A stretch of DNA of 64,000 nucleotides from an uncultured delta proteobacterium (GTDB lineage: Bacteria; Myxococcota; Myxococcia; Myxococcales; Myxococcaceae), in the NCBI GenBank assembly GCA_963776345.1, contig CAVZMH010000018.1, positions 96,001 through 160,000 on the forward strand, read 5' to 3'. The translations under genes were made by a program, and so were the position numbers. The notes beneath the pieces were generated by a model. It saw nothing but the letters and a program-made list of their open reading frames with translations. It did not search any database and had not been told where the DNA came from. Positions 1 to 11,506 of the stretch are shown one piece after another (position 1 is the stretch's first letter; every line of letters begins with the position of its first letter).

Positions 1-337
1 GCCCGCTGAACCCCTGGACCGACAGCGCTCCGGCCATGGAGATGAAGGACGCCGCCGACATCCAGTCGGACCCGGTGGCCATGCCGTTGTAGAGCGCAGG
101 CACACCCCGGCCGGCCACGTAGTACTGGTCCGAGTCCGAGGTACGGGTGATGACCCCGATGACGATGTAGATGCCGAGGCTCAGGGCCATGAACAGCCAG
201 CCGATCCATCGGTTGGGCAGGCCGAGGAACTGCTCGGCGAGCCCGATGAGGATCGTGACGCCGAGGAAGGCGACGGTGTAGAGGCCGAAGATCTTGGCCA
301 GGCTCCACCGGAACGGTTGCTGGGTCGTGGTGGCCAT
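1..337 (-). CDS. Sodium:solute symporter, ActP-like cation/acetate symporter family (5' part; runs off window edge)
   Basis: Manual translation from ATG at 337: MATTTQQPFRWSLAKIFGLYTVAFLG...YYVAGRGVPALYNGMATGSDWMSAASFISMAG, a typical SSS/ActP motif. Start overlaps the stop of the DUF4212-like gene (TGATG). Confidence 0.85.
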   Translation of the reverse strand, partial: MATTTQQPFRWSLAKIFGLYTVAFLGVTILIGLAEQFLGLPNRWIGWLFMALSLGIYIVIGVITRTSDSDQYYVAGRGVPALYNGMATGSDWMSAASFISMAGALSVQGFSG

Positions 338-624
338 CACGCAGCCCTCGGCGTGGTCGGGCGCTCATCGAGCCCGAACTCGTGGTCCTTCTTGTTCATC
401 AGTCGCGCGTACACCGCGATCTCGATGACGAAGATCGCCAGGGAGCCCTGGGCCGCGGTGTAGTAGCCGAGCGGGAATCCGAGGACGGTGATCTTGTTCA
501 GCTCGCCGGCGAGCAACCCGCCCAGGCCGTAGGTGACGAAGGCCCAGATCACCAGCAGGATCACCGTGAGTTTGATGTTGTATCGCCAGTATTCGTTCTT
601 CTGTGCTTCGGTGAGCTCGGCCAT
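337..624 (-). CDS. DUF4212/DUF485-like small membrane partner of the solute symporter
   Basis: MAELTEAQKNEYWRYNIKLT...LGFPLGYYTAAQGSLAIFV; two TM segments; canonical position upstream of an SSS gene. Confidence 0.85.
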   Translation of the reverse strand: MAELTEAQKNEYWRYNIKLTVILLVIWAFVTYGLGGLLAGELNKITVLGFPLGYYTAAQGSLAIFVIEIAVYARLMNKKDHEFGLDERPTTPRAA

Positions 625-672
625 GGGTCCGGTCTCCGGGGCAAGCGCGGGTTCGGCGCGAGACACTCACAC

Positions 673-688
673 CGCAAGAGACGTACCG
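673..688 (-). promoter_or_regulatory. Sigma54 (-24/-12) promoter for the DUF4212-symporter operon
   Basis: Minus strand CGGTACGTCTCTTGCG has exact GG-N10-GC spacing with GGTAC..TTGC. It lies about 50 nt upstream of the ATG, with an AT-rich tract just upstream. Confidence 0.7.
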
Positions 689-754
689 ATTCTGTTCACC
701 TTTGAAATGATTGGATGACGCAGCGCGATTGCATCTACACCACCGCTACAAAAG

Positions 755-782
755 GTAACGCCTCTCGTGGCCCCCGGTAACA
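755..782 (-). promoter_or_regulatory. Candidate enhancer (CbrB-like) boxes TGTTAC and CGTTAC
   Basis: Minus strand TGTTAC (782-777) and CGTTAC (760-755), 22 bp apart, upstream of the sigma54 motif. TGTTAC is the described Pseudomonas CbrB subsite. Confidence 0.55.
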
Positions 783-812
783 CCGGAAGCCGGGCCCTCC
801 CATCAGCAACCC

Positions 813-2241
813 TCATGCGCGTCCGACCGGGCGCTCGAGCGGAAAGACGTTCGCCAGGTCGACGCCGGTCATCTCCGCCGGTCCGGTGGGGTGAAGGCTG
901 CCGTCGTCGAGCTGCCGGCAGTCGCAGGCCGGTGCGGTACAGCCCCGGGAAGCGCTCCAGGCGCTGCGAGACGAAGCCGGCGTGGTCCTGCTCGAGGCTC
1001 CGGGGCTGCGCGGGCCAGGAGCGCTTGACGCAGAGCTCTCCCTCGGCGGCGGCACCGCTCGCGCGCCGGCCGACGGGGTCGACCAGCACCGGGTCCACCC
1101 CGAACAGCGGGGTGCCGCCCAGGTCCCCGAACCGCGCAGCGAGCATCCCCCCGCCCTCGGGGCTCCACACCGGCGCCACCGCCGCGTCCGAGCCGTCGAG
1201 GGACGCCCCGAGCACCCCGGGGCCCGCGGCCGCCAGCGCGGCCCTCGGCCCGAGGAGGTGGGTGACGCCCAGCGCCCGGGGCCGCCGCGCGCCGTCGCCG
1301 CGCTCGTCGAACACCAGCGCCCCGCCGAGCACCCAGGTGCCCCAGAGCACGTCCACCCGGGGGCCGGAGAACCCCTCGGTGCACAGCACCTGCGCGCCGG
1401 GCCCCACGCCCGCGGCCTCGCGCAGGCCGAGCGCCGAGCAGAGGAGGAATCCGGCCAGGGCGTGCACCACCGGGGGCCCGTCCTCGGGCCGCGGCACGAG
1501 CAGGAGCGGGTCCTCGCCGTCGCACGGACGGAGCGAGCAGGTCGGCCGGGCGCGCTGCAGCGCCGTTCCCAGCTCCTGGTCGCGCCCGTACACCAGGCTC
1601 ACCGGCGCCCCGGTGCGGCGCTCGACCAGGACCGACTCCACCCGACCGAGCCCGCCCAGGAGCGCCTCCACCCGCTCCCAGAGCGGGAGCCGTCCCTCGG
1701 GCATGGGAGCCTCGTCGGCCGTCACCAGCACCCGGGCCCGGGTGGCGCGCAGCACCGGCCCGAGCGCCGCGCCGGACCGCGCCGGCACCGTCACCGGCAC
1801 CGCGCCGATGCGGGCGCACCCCAGGTGGAGCATCGCCAGGGTGGGCGCCTCCGGCAGGTGGCCCACCACCCGGTCGCCCCAGCGGACGCCCTGCGAGAGC
1901 AGCACCTGCGCCATCCGCGCCGACGCCTGCCGCAGCTCGCGGAAGCTCCAGGACACCACGTCCCCCTCGGCCCGGGCCCAGACCAGCGCCGTCCGCTCCG
2001 GGGAGGTGACCGCGTGCCGGTCCACCGCGTTCCAGGCGGCGTTGAGGAACCCGCCGGCGAACCAGCTGACGTCCCCGTGCCTCATCTCCCCCACGAAGGC
2101 CTCGTTCGGAGCCCGCACCCAGTCCAGCAGGCCCGCCTCGCGGAGCCAGAACCGACGCGGGCTCTCCAGGCTCTCCACGGCAAGACGCCGGCAAGCGTCG
2201 AGCCGCTCCTCAAGACTGCATTCGACGAGGCTGCTGGACAC
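813..2241 (-). CDS. Degenerate acetyl-CoA synthetase-like protein (likely pseudo-enzyme; one apparent frameshift near 925)
   Basis: The Acs N-terminus is recognisable (FW..L.W...VSWFAGGFLNAAWNAVDRH..TALVW; GELCVKRSWP). The P-loop YTSGxTGxPKG is replaced by LLLVPRPEDGPPVVH. The frame-corrected end reads CRQLDDGSLHPTG...stop at 813. GTG 2241 was chosen because it lies downstream of the sigma54 motif. Confidence 0.65.
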
Positions 2242-2260
2242 GGGGGAAGACTCCGCGGCA

Positions 2261-2276
2261 GGCAAGCCACACGCCA
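2261..2276 (-). promoter_or_regulatory. Sigma54 (-24/-12) promoter downstream of the cbrB-like gene
   Basis: Minus strand TGGCGTGTGGCTTGCC: TGGC-N7-TTGC, exact GG-N10-GC spacing. Confidence 0.65.
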
Positions 2277-2323
2277 GCCGGCGGGTCACGTTCCCTTGCG
2301 GACTTCGCCCGGGCCCGGCGTGT

Positions 2324-2355
2324 CGTTCCGGAACAGGGCGTTACCGAACGTAACG
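2324..2355. promoter_or_regulatory. Inverted-repeat activator site CGTTAC-N5-GTAACG (plus degenerate CGTTCC/GGAACA)
   Basis: CGTTAC at 2339-2344 and GTAACG at 2350-2355. Same hexamer as at 755-782; about 65-80 bp upstream of the -24 element. Confidence 0.55.
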
Positions 2356-2369
2356 GCCGGGGATCAGGC

Positions 2370-3718
<1,349 letters not shown>

Positions 3719-3722
<4 letters not shown>

Positions 3723-6691
3723 GCGCGTGCTCCCCCGAGGGCCTCGGCCACCCTCGTCCCCGGAGCCACCGGGTCCGCTCCCGGCAGCTCCACCTCCACG
3801 GTCGTCCCTGCACCGGGCCTGGTCTCCACCCGGAGCGTGCCCCCGTGCTCGCGGACGATCGCCGCGACCAGCGGAAGCCCAAGCCCGGTACCCTGCCCCG
3901 GCGGCTTCGTCGTGTAAAAGGGTTCGAACATCCGAGCGCGGGTCGCCTCGTCCATTCCAGTGCCACGGTCCTCGACCGCGACCTTGACGCCCTGCGTCGT
4001 GGCCGCCGCCCCGACCGTCACCAGGGCGCCGGGGGGGCTCGCGTCGCAGGCGTTGGAGACCAGGTTGACGAAGACCTGGATCAGCCGCTGGCGGTCCCCG
4101 GAGACGTGGAGGCCCGCCGTCACCCGGTTCTCGCAGGGCACGGCCTTCGCCTGGCGCGACAGGCGGACCAGGGTGATGGCCTCGCCGACGCAGGCATGGA
4201 GGTCCACCGGCGCCCGCTGCATCCCTTCCGGCGCGCCGGCGTGGCTGTAGCCGAGCAGCACCCGCACGATGGCGTCGATGCGCTGCGTCTCCCGGAGGAT
4301 GAGACCCACCCGATCGCGCAGGTCGGGCTCGCCGATCTCGGAGACGAGATTCTGGGCGAGGCAGGCGATGCCGGTGAGCGGGTTGCCGATCTCGTGGGCC
4401 ACTCCCGCCGCGAGCCGCCCCACCGACGCCAGTCGGTCCTGGTGGGCCACCTGCGAGGCGAGGAGCTTGCGCTCGGTGAGGTCCTCCACCAGCACCACCA
4501 GACCGGCGGTCTCCCCGGTCGTGCTGCCGGGCTCGCTCACCTGGCTGCGGGAGAGCGAGAAGGCGCGCTCGCTCCCCCCGAGCTGGACGTGGACCTCCTC
4601 CTGTGTGGCCACGCCCGAGACGAACGAGCGCAGCGAGGCGGGCAGCAGCCCCGGGAGCGCCTCGAGCCGCGTGCCGATGGCGTCGTGGGCGCTGAGTCCG
4701 CTCGACTGCTCGAGCGCGCGGTTCCAGATGACCACGTCGCGGTCCGGCCCCAGCGCGCAGACGCCCAGCGGGAGGTCCTCCAGCAGGCGCCGGAGATAGC
4801 GGCGGTACGCCTCGAGCTCGGCCGGGGCGCCCTGCAGCTGGGCGCGGCTGGCCCGGAGCTGGTCCTCCAGCGCGCGGATCCGGTCGCTCAGCGGGGCCCG
4901 CGCCCCGTGGTTGATGCGGATGCTCCGGTCCACCACCCAGCGGGCCACCAGCGGCCCCATCAGGCCCGAGAGGTTGCGCTGCAGCCGGTCCCGCAGCTGC
5001 CCGAGCTGGGCCGGGCGCCGCTCGCCGGGCACCATGTTGAGGTCGGCCAGCGCCTGGGTCAGCTCGGTGGAGGCGGCGTCCGCGCCGAGCAGCGGGGCCA
5101 GGCGCGCCTGGAACTCCTGGGCAGACGACGGCTCGAGCATCCACGGCCCCGGCGCTGCCCCCCGGGTGCAGGCCACCGCCGCCTCCTCCTCGCGGGCGGT
5201 GGCGCGGGTGACGAGCGACACCCCCCCGAAGAGCAGCGCGTTCAGGAACAGCGACCAGAACGTCGAGGCGCTCCAGGGCTCCACCCCCGGCCGGATGCCG
5301 AAGACCCAGGCCAGGTCGAACGCCGCCGGGAGCAGCCGGCCATGGGCGAGCAGCGGCAGGAAGAGCGTCACTGCCCAGACCCCGACGCCGGCCGACAGTC
5401 CCACCAGGAACCCCGCCCGCGTGGCGCCACGCCAGAAGAGGAGCGCCAGCAGCCCGGGGAGGACCTGGGCCACCGCGACGAAGGAGGTGAGGCCGATCTC
5501 CACCAGCCCCTGCCGCGTGGCGAGCAGCCGGCTGAACGCGTAGCCCAGCGCGAGCACGGTGACGATGAGCGCCCGGCGGGCCCAGAGCAGCCCGGCGTAG
5601 AGGTCTCCCGAGCGGGCCAGGTCGGTGCGGGGGAGCACCAGGTGGTTGAGGCACATCGCGGCCAGCGCCAGCGTGTCGACGATGAGCATGCTGCTCGCCG
5701 CCGAGATCGCGCCGATGAAGGCCAGGGCCACCACCAGCGGGTGGCCGCTGCTGCGCGCCAGGGCGAGCACGTGGTCGTCGGGGTTCCCGTCGGGGAAGCG
5801 CACCATGCCGCTCCAGAGCAGCGGCATCACCGCCACATTGAGGAGCAGCAGGAAGAGCGGGAAGGCCCAGGCCGCCACCCGGAGCGCGCGCCCGTCGAGC
5901 GACTCGGTGAAGGCCATGTGGAACTGCCGGGGCAGGAGGAACCCCGCGGCGAAGGAGAGGAGGAGCAGGGTGAACCAGGGCCCGCTCTGCACCTGGCCGT
6001 ACGCGCTCTGCAGCGCCTGGGGATGCGCGGCGAGCCAGTGCGACAGCCCCGACAGCCCACCGAAGACGCTGGTGACCGCCACCGCGGCCACCGTGAGGAG
6101 CGCCAGGAGCTTCACCAGGGACTCGAAGGCGATCGCCACGCCGAGGCCCGCGTGCCGCTCGCGCGGGGTGACGTGGCGCGCCCCGAACAGCAGGGCGAAC
6201 AGCGTCACCAGGGCGCAGAACATCAGGGCGATCACGCTCGGCGGCGAGGCCTGCGCCAGCACCTTGAACCCGGCGGTCACCGCGTGGATCTGCAGCGCCA
6301 GGTACGGGAGGTTGCCGGCGAGCATGAACACCGTCACCAGCACGCCCGCGCTCTGGCTCTGGAAGCGGAAGGCGAAGAGGTCCGCCAGCGAGGTCAGCTG
6401 GTGCTCGCGGCACAGGCGCAGCACCGGCTCCCAGAGCACCGGCACCAGCAGGCACGCCAGCGTCACCCCCAGGTAGATGGTGAGGAAGGCATAGCCATGG
6501 CTCCGGGCGAACCCCACGCTCCCGGAGTAGGTCCAGGAGGTCGCGTACACCCCCAGCGAGATCGAGTAGGTCAGCGGGTGCCGGACCAGTCGGACCGGCA
6601 CGAGGCCCCGCTCGGTCGCGTATGCCACCCCGAAGAGCAGCAGGAGGTACGCGACGGCCACCCCGAACAGCGCGCCGATGGGAGCGCTCAC
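3719..6691 (-). CDS. SLC5/SSS-transporter-fused PAS histidine kinase (CbrA-like)
   Basis: Multi-TM N-terminal SSS domain (YSISLGVYATSWTYSGSVG; LPRQFHMAFTE), a PAS-like region, H-box AHEIGNPL, N-box NLVSNACDA, G-boxes DRGTG and GTGLGL. Confidence 0.9.
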
Positions 6692-6885
6692 GGAGGCGCG
6701 CTCGCGCGGTGGACGGCCCAGACCCCCAGCCCGATGACCAGCCCCCAGACGACGAAGGGCGCGGCCCAGCCCCGCTCCGGTGCCGCCCAGAGGACGCGGG
6801 CCGGGCCCGCCAGGAGCACCAGCGAGACGGCGAACGCCCAGAGCGCGGGCTCGGCGGCGCGGCTCTTGTCCGGCGGCGGTGCCAT
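6688..6885 (-). CDS. CbrX-like small membrane peptide translationally coupled to the kinase
   Basis: 65 aa with two hydrophobic segments around W..P..GW..PF..W; stop overlaps the kinase start (GTGA), as recalled for Pseudomonas cbrX-cbrA. Confidence 0.7.
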   Translation of the reverse strand: MAPPPDKSRAAEPALWAFAVSLVLLAGPARVLWAAPERGWAAPFVVWGLVIGLGVWAVHRASAPP

Positions 6886-7023
6886 GTCCTCCCCTTCTGC
6901 TCCGGGGAGGGACAGTAGACGCCCCGGGGCTCGATGCGAAGAGGACCGTTCCAGGGGGGCGGGCCCGCGCCGAGTGCGCTATTCAGCGGGCTCGCCGCAG
7001 CCGGCGGAGACGAGGGGCGAGCG

Positions 7024-7818
7024 ATGAGGGCGCTGCTGTCGATCTGGGCCTGGGTGGAGGTCGCCCTCGTGGTCCTCCTGGGATTCTTCGTCCAGGCGGT
7101 GCTCTGGGTGCTGTGCCTGCCCTTCGACCGACGGCGGCTGGTGGCCGGCCGGACCTTCCGGCTGATCGGGGTCACGGCGGCGCGGCTGAATCCGTTCTGG
7201 CGCTTCCACGTGTGGGGGCCGCCGGCGGGCAAGCCGCGGCGGAAGACGGTGGTGGTGAGCAACCACGAGTCGAACGCCGACCCGTTCCTGGTGTCCTTCC
7301 TGCCCTGGGAGATGAAGTGGCTCGGGAAGGCCGTGCTGTTCCGCATCCCGGTGGTGGGCTGGATGATGCGGATGGCGGGGGACATCCCGGTGGAGCGCGG
7401 GGACAGCGACTCGGCCAAGGAAGCGATGGCAACCTGCGCCCGCTGGCTGGAACGCGGGGTGCCGGTGATGCTCTTCCCCGAGGGCACGCGGAGCAAGGAC
7501 GGCCAGCTGCTCCCCTTCAAGGACGGCGCGTTCCGGCTGGCCATCGAGACCGGGGCGGACCTCCTGCCGGTGGCCCTCGCCGGGACGAGGACCGCGCTCC
7601 CCAAGAGCAGCTGGCTGTTCGGCCGGTCCGAGGGGCGGGTCACGGTGGGGACGCCCATCTCCACCGCCGGGATGACCCTCGCGGAGCTAGAGCCGCTGAA
7701 GGCACGGGTCCGTTCGGAGATCGAGTCGCTCCGGGCACGGCTGGCCACGGCCGACGGCCTCACACGGGCAGCGGCGACGGCCGGCGGCGGCAGCTCCGGC
7801 GGAGCTGCGACGGGGTGA
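7024..7818 (+). CDS. Lysophospholipid acyltransferase (PlsC family)
   Basis: NHESNADP (NHx4D) and FPEGTRS motifs; PFKDGAF. Confidence 0.9.
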   Translation: MRALLSIWAWVEVALVVLLGFFVQAVLWVLCLPFDRRRLVAGRTFRLIGVTAARLNPFWRFHVWGPPAGKPRRKTVVVSNHESNADPFLVSFLPWEMKWLGKAVLFRIPVVGWMMRMAGDIPVERGDSDSAKEAMATCARWLERGVPVMLFPEGTRSKDGQLLPFKDGAFRLAIETGADLLPVALAGTRTALPKSSWLFGRSEGRVTVGTPISTAGMTLAELEPLKARVRSEIESLRARLATADGLTRAAATAGGGSSGGAATG

Positions 7819-7917
7819 AGCCGGCGGGGCGGGCGGTGGCTGGCGGTCGCCGCGCACGTGACGCGCTGCGGAGGCGCTCGATCTGTACAGGTCGGAGCGA
7901 GGCATCATGCTGTCCAC

Positions 7918-8394
7918 GTGCTCTCGCTCCGGCCCGCCACCCGCGCCGACGTGCCGCTCATCCTCTCGCTGATCCGGGAGCTGGCGACGTACGAGCGCGC
8001 GCCCGAGGCGGTGGTGGCGACCGAGGAGGCCCTGGCCCGCGACGGCTTCGGCGAGCGGCCGCTCTTCCAGGTCACCATCGCCGAGTGGAGCGGCGAGCCG
8101 GTCGGCTTCGCCCTCTGGTTCTTCGCCTACTCCACCTGGCGCGGGCAGCCCACGCTCTTCCTCGAGGACCTCTTCGTGCGCCCCGCGGCCCGGGGGCGCG
8201 GCATCGGCAAGGAGATGATGCGCTTCCTGGCCCGGACCGCAGTGGAGAGCAACTGCGGCCGGTTCGTGTGGCAGGTCCTGGACTGGAACACGCCGAGCAT
8301 CGAGTTCTATGAATCGCTCGGCGCCGAGGTGGTGCGCGAGTGGCTGACCTGCCGCCTCGATGGCGAGGCCCTCCGGGCGCTCGCCGGGCGATGA
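7918..8394 (+). CDS. GNAT family N-acetyltransferase (diamine acetyltransferase-like)
   Basis: ELATYE, YSTWRG..LFLEDLFV...RGRGIG, VLDWN..SIEFYESLGA. Confidence 0.9.
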   Translation: MLSLRPATRADVPLILSLIRELATYERAPEAVVATEEALARDGFGERPLFQVTIAEWSGEPVGFALWFFAYSTWRGQPTLFLEDLFVRPAARGRGIGKEMMRFLARTAVESNCGRFVWQVLDWNTPSIEFYESLGAEVVREWLTCRLDGEALRALAGR

Positions 8395-8437
8395 GCTGGA
8401 GACTGCAACCGGGGCGTCCCGGGGTGTCCCCCCGGGC

Positions 8438-11400
8438 GTGAGCATCGTGTCGTCGGCATCGAAAGACTGGAATCGCATCGCCGAGCTGGTGGACGAGGGC
8501 CTGGCGCTCGTGCCCGCCGCCCGCGCCGCGTGGCTGGACGCGCTCGCCCGGAGCGAGCCCGCCCTGGCGCCCGCGGTGCGCCGGCTGATCGAGGTCCGGG
8601 CCGCGGAGACCGACACCCTCGCCACCGCGCCTTCGCCCGGCGCCTCCCCCGGGCACCGTCCCGGAGACCGCGTCGGCCCCTACCTCCTGATCGAGCTGCT
8701 GGGCAGCGGCGGGATGGGAGAGGTCTGGCTCGCGCGGAGGGACGACGGAGCGCTCCGTCGCGAGGTGGCGCTGAAGCTCCCGCTGCTCGACCCGCGCCGT
8801 CAGGACGTCGCGATGCGGTTCGCCCGTGAGCGCGACATCCTCGCCCGTCTCGAGCACCCGAACATCGCCCGGCTCTACGACGCTGGCGTCGCCCAGGGCC
8901 AGCCGTTCCTGGCGATGGAGCGGGTGCACGGCCAGAACATCACCGCCTACGCCGACGCGCACCGCCTGGACCTCGAGGGCCGTCTGGAGATCTTCCTCCA
9001 GGTGCTCGCCGCCGTGCAGTACGCGCACGGCAACCTGGTCCTGCACCGCGACCTCAAGCCGTCCAACATCCTGGTCACGGACGGGGGGCAGGTCCGGCTG
9101 CTCGACTTCGGGGTGGCCACCCTGCTCGAGCCGGAGGGTCCGGCGCAGGACACGCCGCTCACCCGGGCCAGTGGCCGCGCGCTCACCCCTGCCTACGCGA
9201 GCCCCGAGCAGATCCTCGGGACGCCGCTCAGCACCGCCAGCGACGTGTACTCGCTGGCCGTGGTGCTGTTCGAGCTGCTCACCGGCGCCCGCCCGTACCG
9301 GCTCGAGGGTGGCTCGCCGGCGGAGCTCGCCTCGGCCATCCTCGCCGCCCAGCCCCGGCGCCCGAGCGAGTCGGTGAGCGAAGCGGCGGCCGAGGCGCGC
9401 GGCACCACCTCGGCGAAGCTCCGGCGGCGGCTGGCCGGGGATCTGGAGACCGTCCTGCTCCGCGGCCTGGCCAAGCAGGCCGCCGCCCGGTACGCGAGCG
9501 CTGGCGCCTTCGCCGAGGACCTCCGGCGCTCGCTCGACCGCGCGCCGCTCCAGGCGCGGTCCGGCTCGCGCCTGTACCGCCTCGAGCGCTTCGTCTCCCG
9601 GCACCTCTGGGGGGTCCTCGGCTCGGTGGCGGTGGCCTGCGCCCTGGTGGCCTCGACCACCTTCGCCGTCGTGCAGGCTCGCCGGGCGGGCGCCGAGAGG
9701 CGGCTGGCGGAGGCGGAGACCCGGAGCGCGCGGGCGGTCCGTGACTTCCTCACCGAGGTGCTCTCCGCCGCGGACCCGGCGAGCCCCCGGAAGAAGCCGC
9801 CCCGGGAGACCACCGTGCAGGAAGCGGTGGACGCCGCGGCGGCGCGGATCGGCTCGGCGCTGGACGACCAGCCCCGGGAGAAGGTCTCGGTCCTGGTGAC
9901 GCTCGCCGGCATCTACTCCTCCCTGGACATGGCCGACCGCAGCATCGCCCTGCTCCAGCAGGCCCTCGCGGTGGCCGAGAAGTCGGAGCCGGTGCCCAAC
10001 CCCGAGCAGGCCGCGGTCCTGGTCCATCTGGCGAACGCGGCGATGTTCGCCGGGAGGTTCGATGAGGCGAAGACGTGGATGGACCGGGTGGATCCGGTCT
10101 TCGCCGCGCTCGAAGACCAGGGCTCGGAGTCCTTCGCCCAGGGGCTGAAGATCCGCGGGAACCTCGTCCGCCGAGGCAACACGCCGGACCTCCGGGCCGG
10201 AGCAGAGCTGCTCGAGCGCTCGACGGCGCTCTTCCGGGAGCGGTACCCGGAGAGCGACGGGCGGCTCGGGGCGCTCTTCTATCTGGCCCAGACGCTCCGG
10301 GCCTCCAACGCGCCGCTCCGGGCGGAGGCGATCGCCGACGAGGCGGTGGCCGTGGCCACCCGGCGCAGCCGGGTGGGGTACGAGCTGCCCAACGCCTACT
10401 CGCTCCGGGCGGTCGTCCGGGACAGCAACGGCAAGCTCGCCGAGGCCGACGCGGACTTCGGCGAGGCCCAGGCGGGCTACCTCCGGACGACCGGGCCCAC
10501 CCACTTCCTCACCTTCCAGAACGAGGGGCTCCGCGGGACGACCCTGCTGGAGATGGGCGGTCGGCGGGAGGAGGCACTGCGGCACCTCGAGGCGTCGGCC
10601 GATGCGCTGAGCCGGGGGCGGCGCGGGAGCAACACCCACGCGCAGGCGGTGGAGCGGCTGGGACTGGCGTACCTTCGCGTGGGCCGCTTCGAGCGCGCCG
10701 TCCCGGTGCTCGAGGAGTCTCGCGTCCTGTGGGCCCAGCGCGGCGAGACCGTGTATCGCGTCGCGCCCACCCTGGCCCTGGCCGAGGCCCGCGCCGCGCT
10801 CGGACAGGACGCCGCCTCCCGCGCGCTGCTCGACGAGGCGCTGACCGTGCTCCAGGGGAGCCCGCGCACCGCGCTCCTCCCGGAGGGCGACGTGCACCTC
10901 GTGCGGGGGCTGATCGCGGTGGACCGCGGCGAGACGGCCGAGGCCCACACCGCGCTCGCCCAGGCGCTGACGGTCTCGGGCTGGGAGACGCGGGGAGACC
11001 TGACCCGGCGCGTGCTGGCGGGCGCCGGGCGGGCGCGGCTGGCCCTCTCGGCGGGGCAGGTGAGCGAGGCCCTCGCCGCGTCCGACCGCCTTCTCGAGCT
11101 CGTCCGGATGCCGCCACTGGTCCAGTCGCCGCGGGTCCGCGCGGCCGCGCTGGAGGCGCGTGGCGCGAGCCTGTGCCGGGCAGGGCGCGCCGCCGAGGGT
11201 GAGCCGATGCTGGCCGAGGCCGTGACCCTCCTCTCGAGCGTCATGGACCCGGACAGTGCGCCGGTGGCCCGGGTGCAGCTCGGACACGCCGCATGCCTGC
11301 ACGACCGGGGCAGGAAGGCCGAGGCGATGGCGCTCCTCGAGGATGCTCGCCGCGCTCTCCAGGCCGCCGGTCCGGCGGGCGCCGCGCTCAGGCCCACGGC

Positions 11401-11443
11401 GAGGGCGATCCAGGAGAGGCTGGGCACGGCCGCGGCTCGCTGA
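8438..11443 (+). CDS. Membrane Ser/Thr protein kinase with C-terminal TPR-like repeats
   Basis: GSGGMGEV, VALK, HRDLKPSN, DFG, YASPEQ, SDVYSL; one TM segment; Ala/Leu helical repeats. Start codon uncertain. Confidence 0.9.
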   Translation: MSIVSSASKDWNRIAELVDEGLALVPAARAAWLDALARSEPALAPAVRRLIEVRAAETDTLATAPSPGASPGHRPGDRVGPYLLIELLGSGGMGEVWLARRDDGALRREVALKLPLLDPRRQDVAMRFARERDILARLEHPNIARLYDAGVAQGQPFLAMERVHGQNITAYADAHRLDLEGRLEIFLQVLAAVQYAHGNLVLHRDLKPSNILVTDGGQVRLLDFGVATLLEPEGPAQDTPLTRASGRALTPAYASPEQILGTPLSTASDVYSLAVVLFELLTGARPYRLEGGSPAELASAILAAQPRRPSESVSEAAAEARGTTSAKLRRRLAGDLETVLLRGLAKQAAARYASAGAFAEDLRRSLDRAPLQARSGSRLYRLERFVSRHLWGVLGSVAVACALVASTTFAVVQARRAGAERRLAEAETRSARAVRDFLTEVLSAADPASPRKKPPRETTVQEAVDAAAARIGSALDDQPREKVSVLVTLAGIYSSLDMADRSIALLQQALAVAEKSEPVPNPEQAAVLVHLANAAMFAGRFDEAKTWMDRVDPVFAALEDQGSESFAQGLKIRGNLVRRGNTPDLRAGAELLERSTALFRERYPESDGRLGALFYLAQTLRASNAPLRAEAIADEAVAVATRRSRVGYELPNAYSLRAVVRDSNGKLAEADADFGEAQAGYLRTTGPTHFLTFQNEGLRGTTLLEMGGRREEALRHLEASADALSRGRRGSNTHAQAVERLGLAYLRVGRFERAVPVLEESRVLWAQRGETVYRVAPTLALAEARAALGQDAASRALLDEALTVLQGSPRTALLPEGDVHLVRGLIAVDRGETAEAHTALAQALTVSGWETRGDLTRRVLAGAGRARLALSAGQVSEALAASDRLLELVRMPPLVQSPRVRAAALEARGASLCRAGRAAEGEPMLAEAVTLLSSVMDPDSAPVARVQLGHAACLHDRGRKAEAMALLEDARRALQAAGPAGAALRPTARAIQERLGTAAAR

Positions 11444-11506
11444 GCGAATCTCCCTGGTGGTCAGGGGCCGCCCGCGGTGTCAGGCTCGTGCCTCACGTCG
11501 TCGTCC

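Noticed and set aside
667..812. C-terminal extension of the 540-aa ORF 667..2289
   Set aside because: Acs similarity continues in another frame that ends at 813; the extension runs through the promoter region of the next operon.
2242..2369. CrcZ-like sRNA after the cbrB-like gene
   Set aside because: No AAnAAnAA repeats and no room; the sigma54 promoter leads directly into the Acs-like reading frame.
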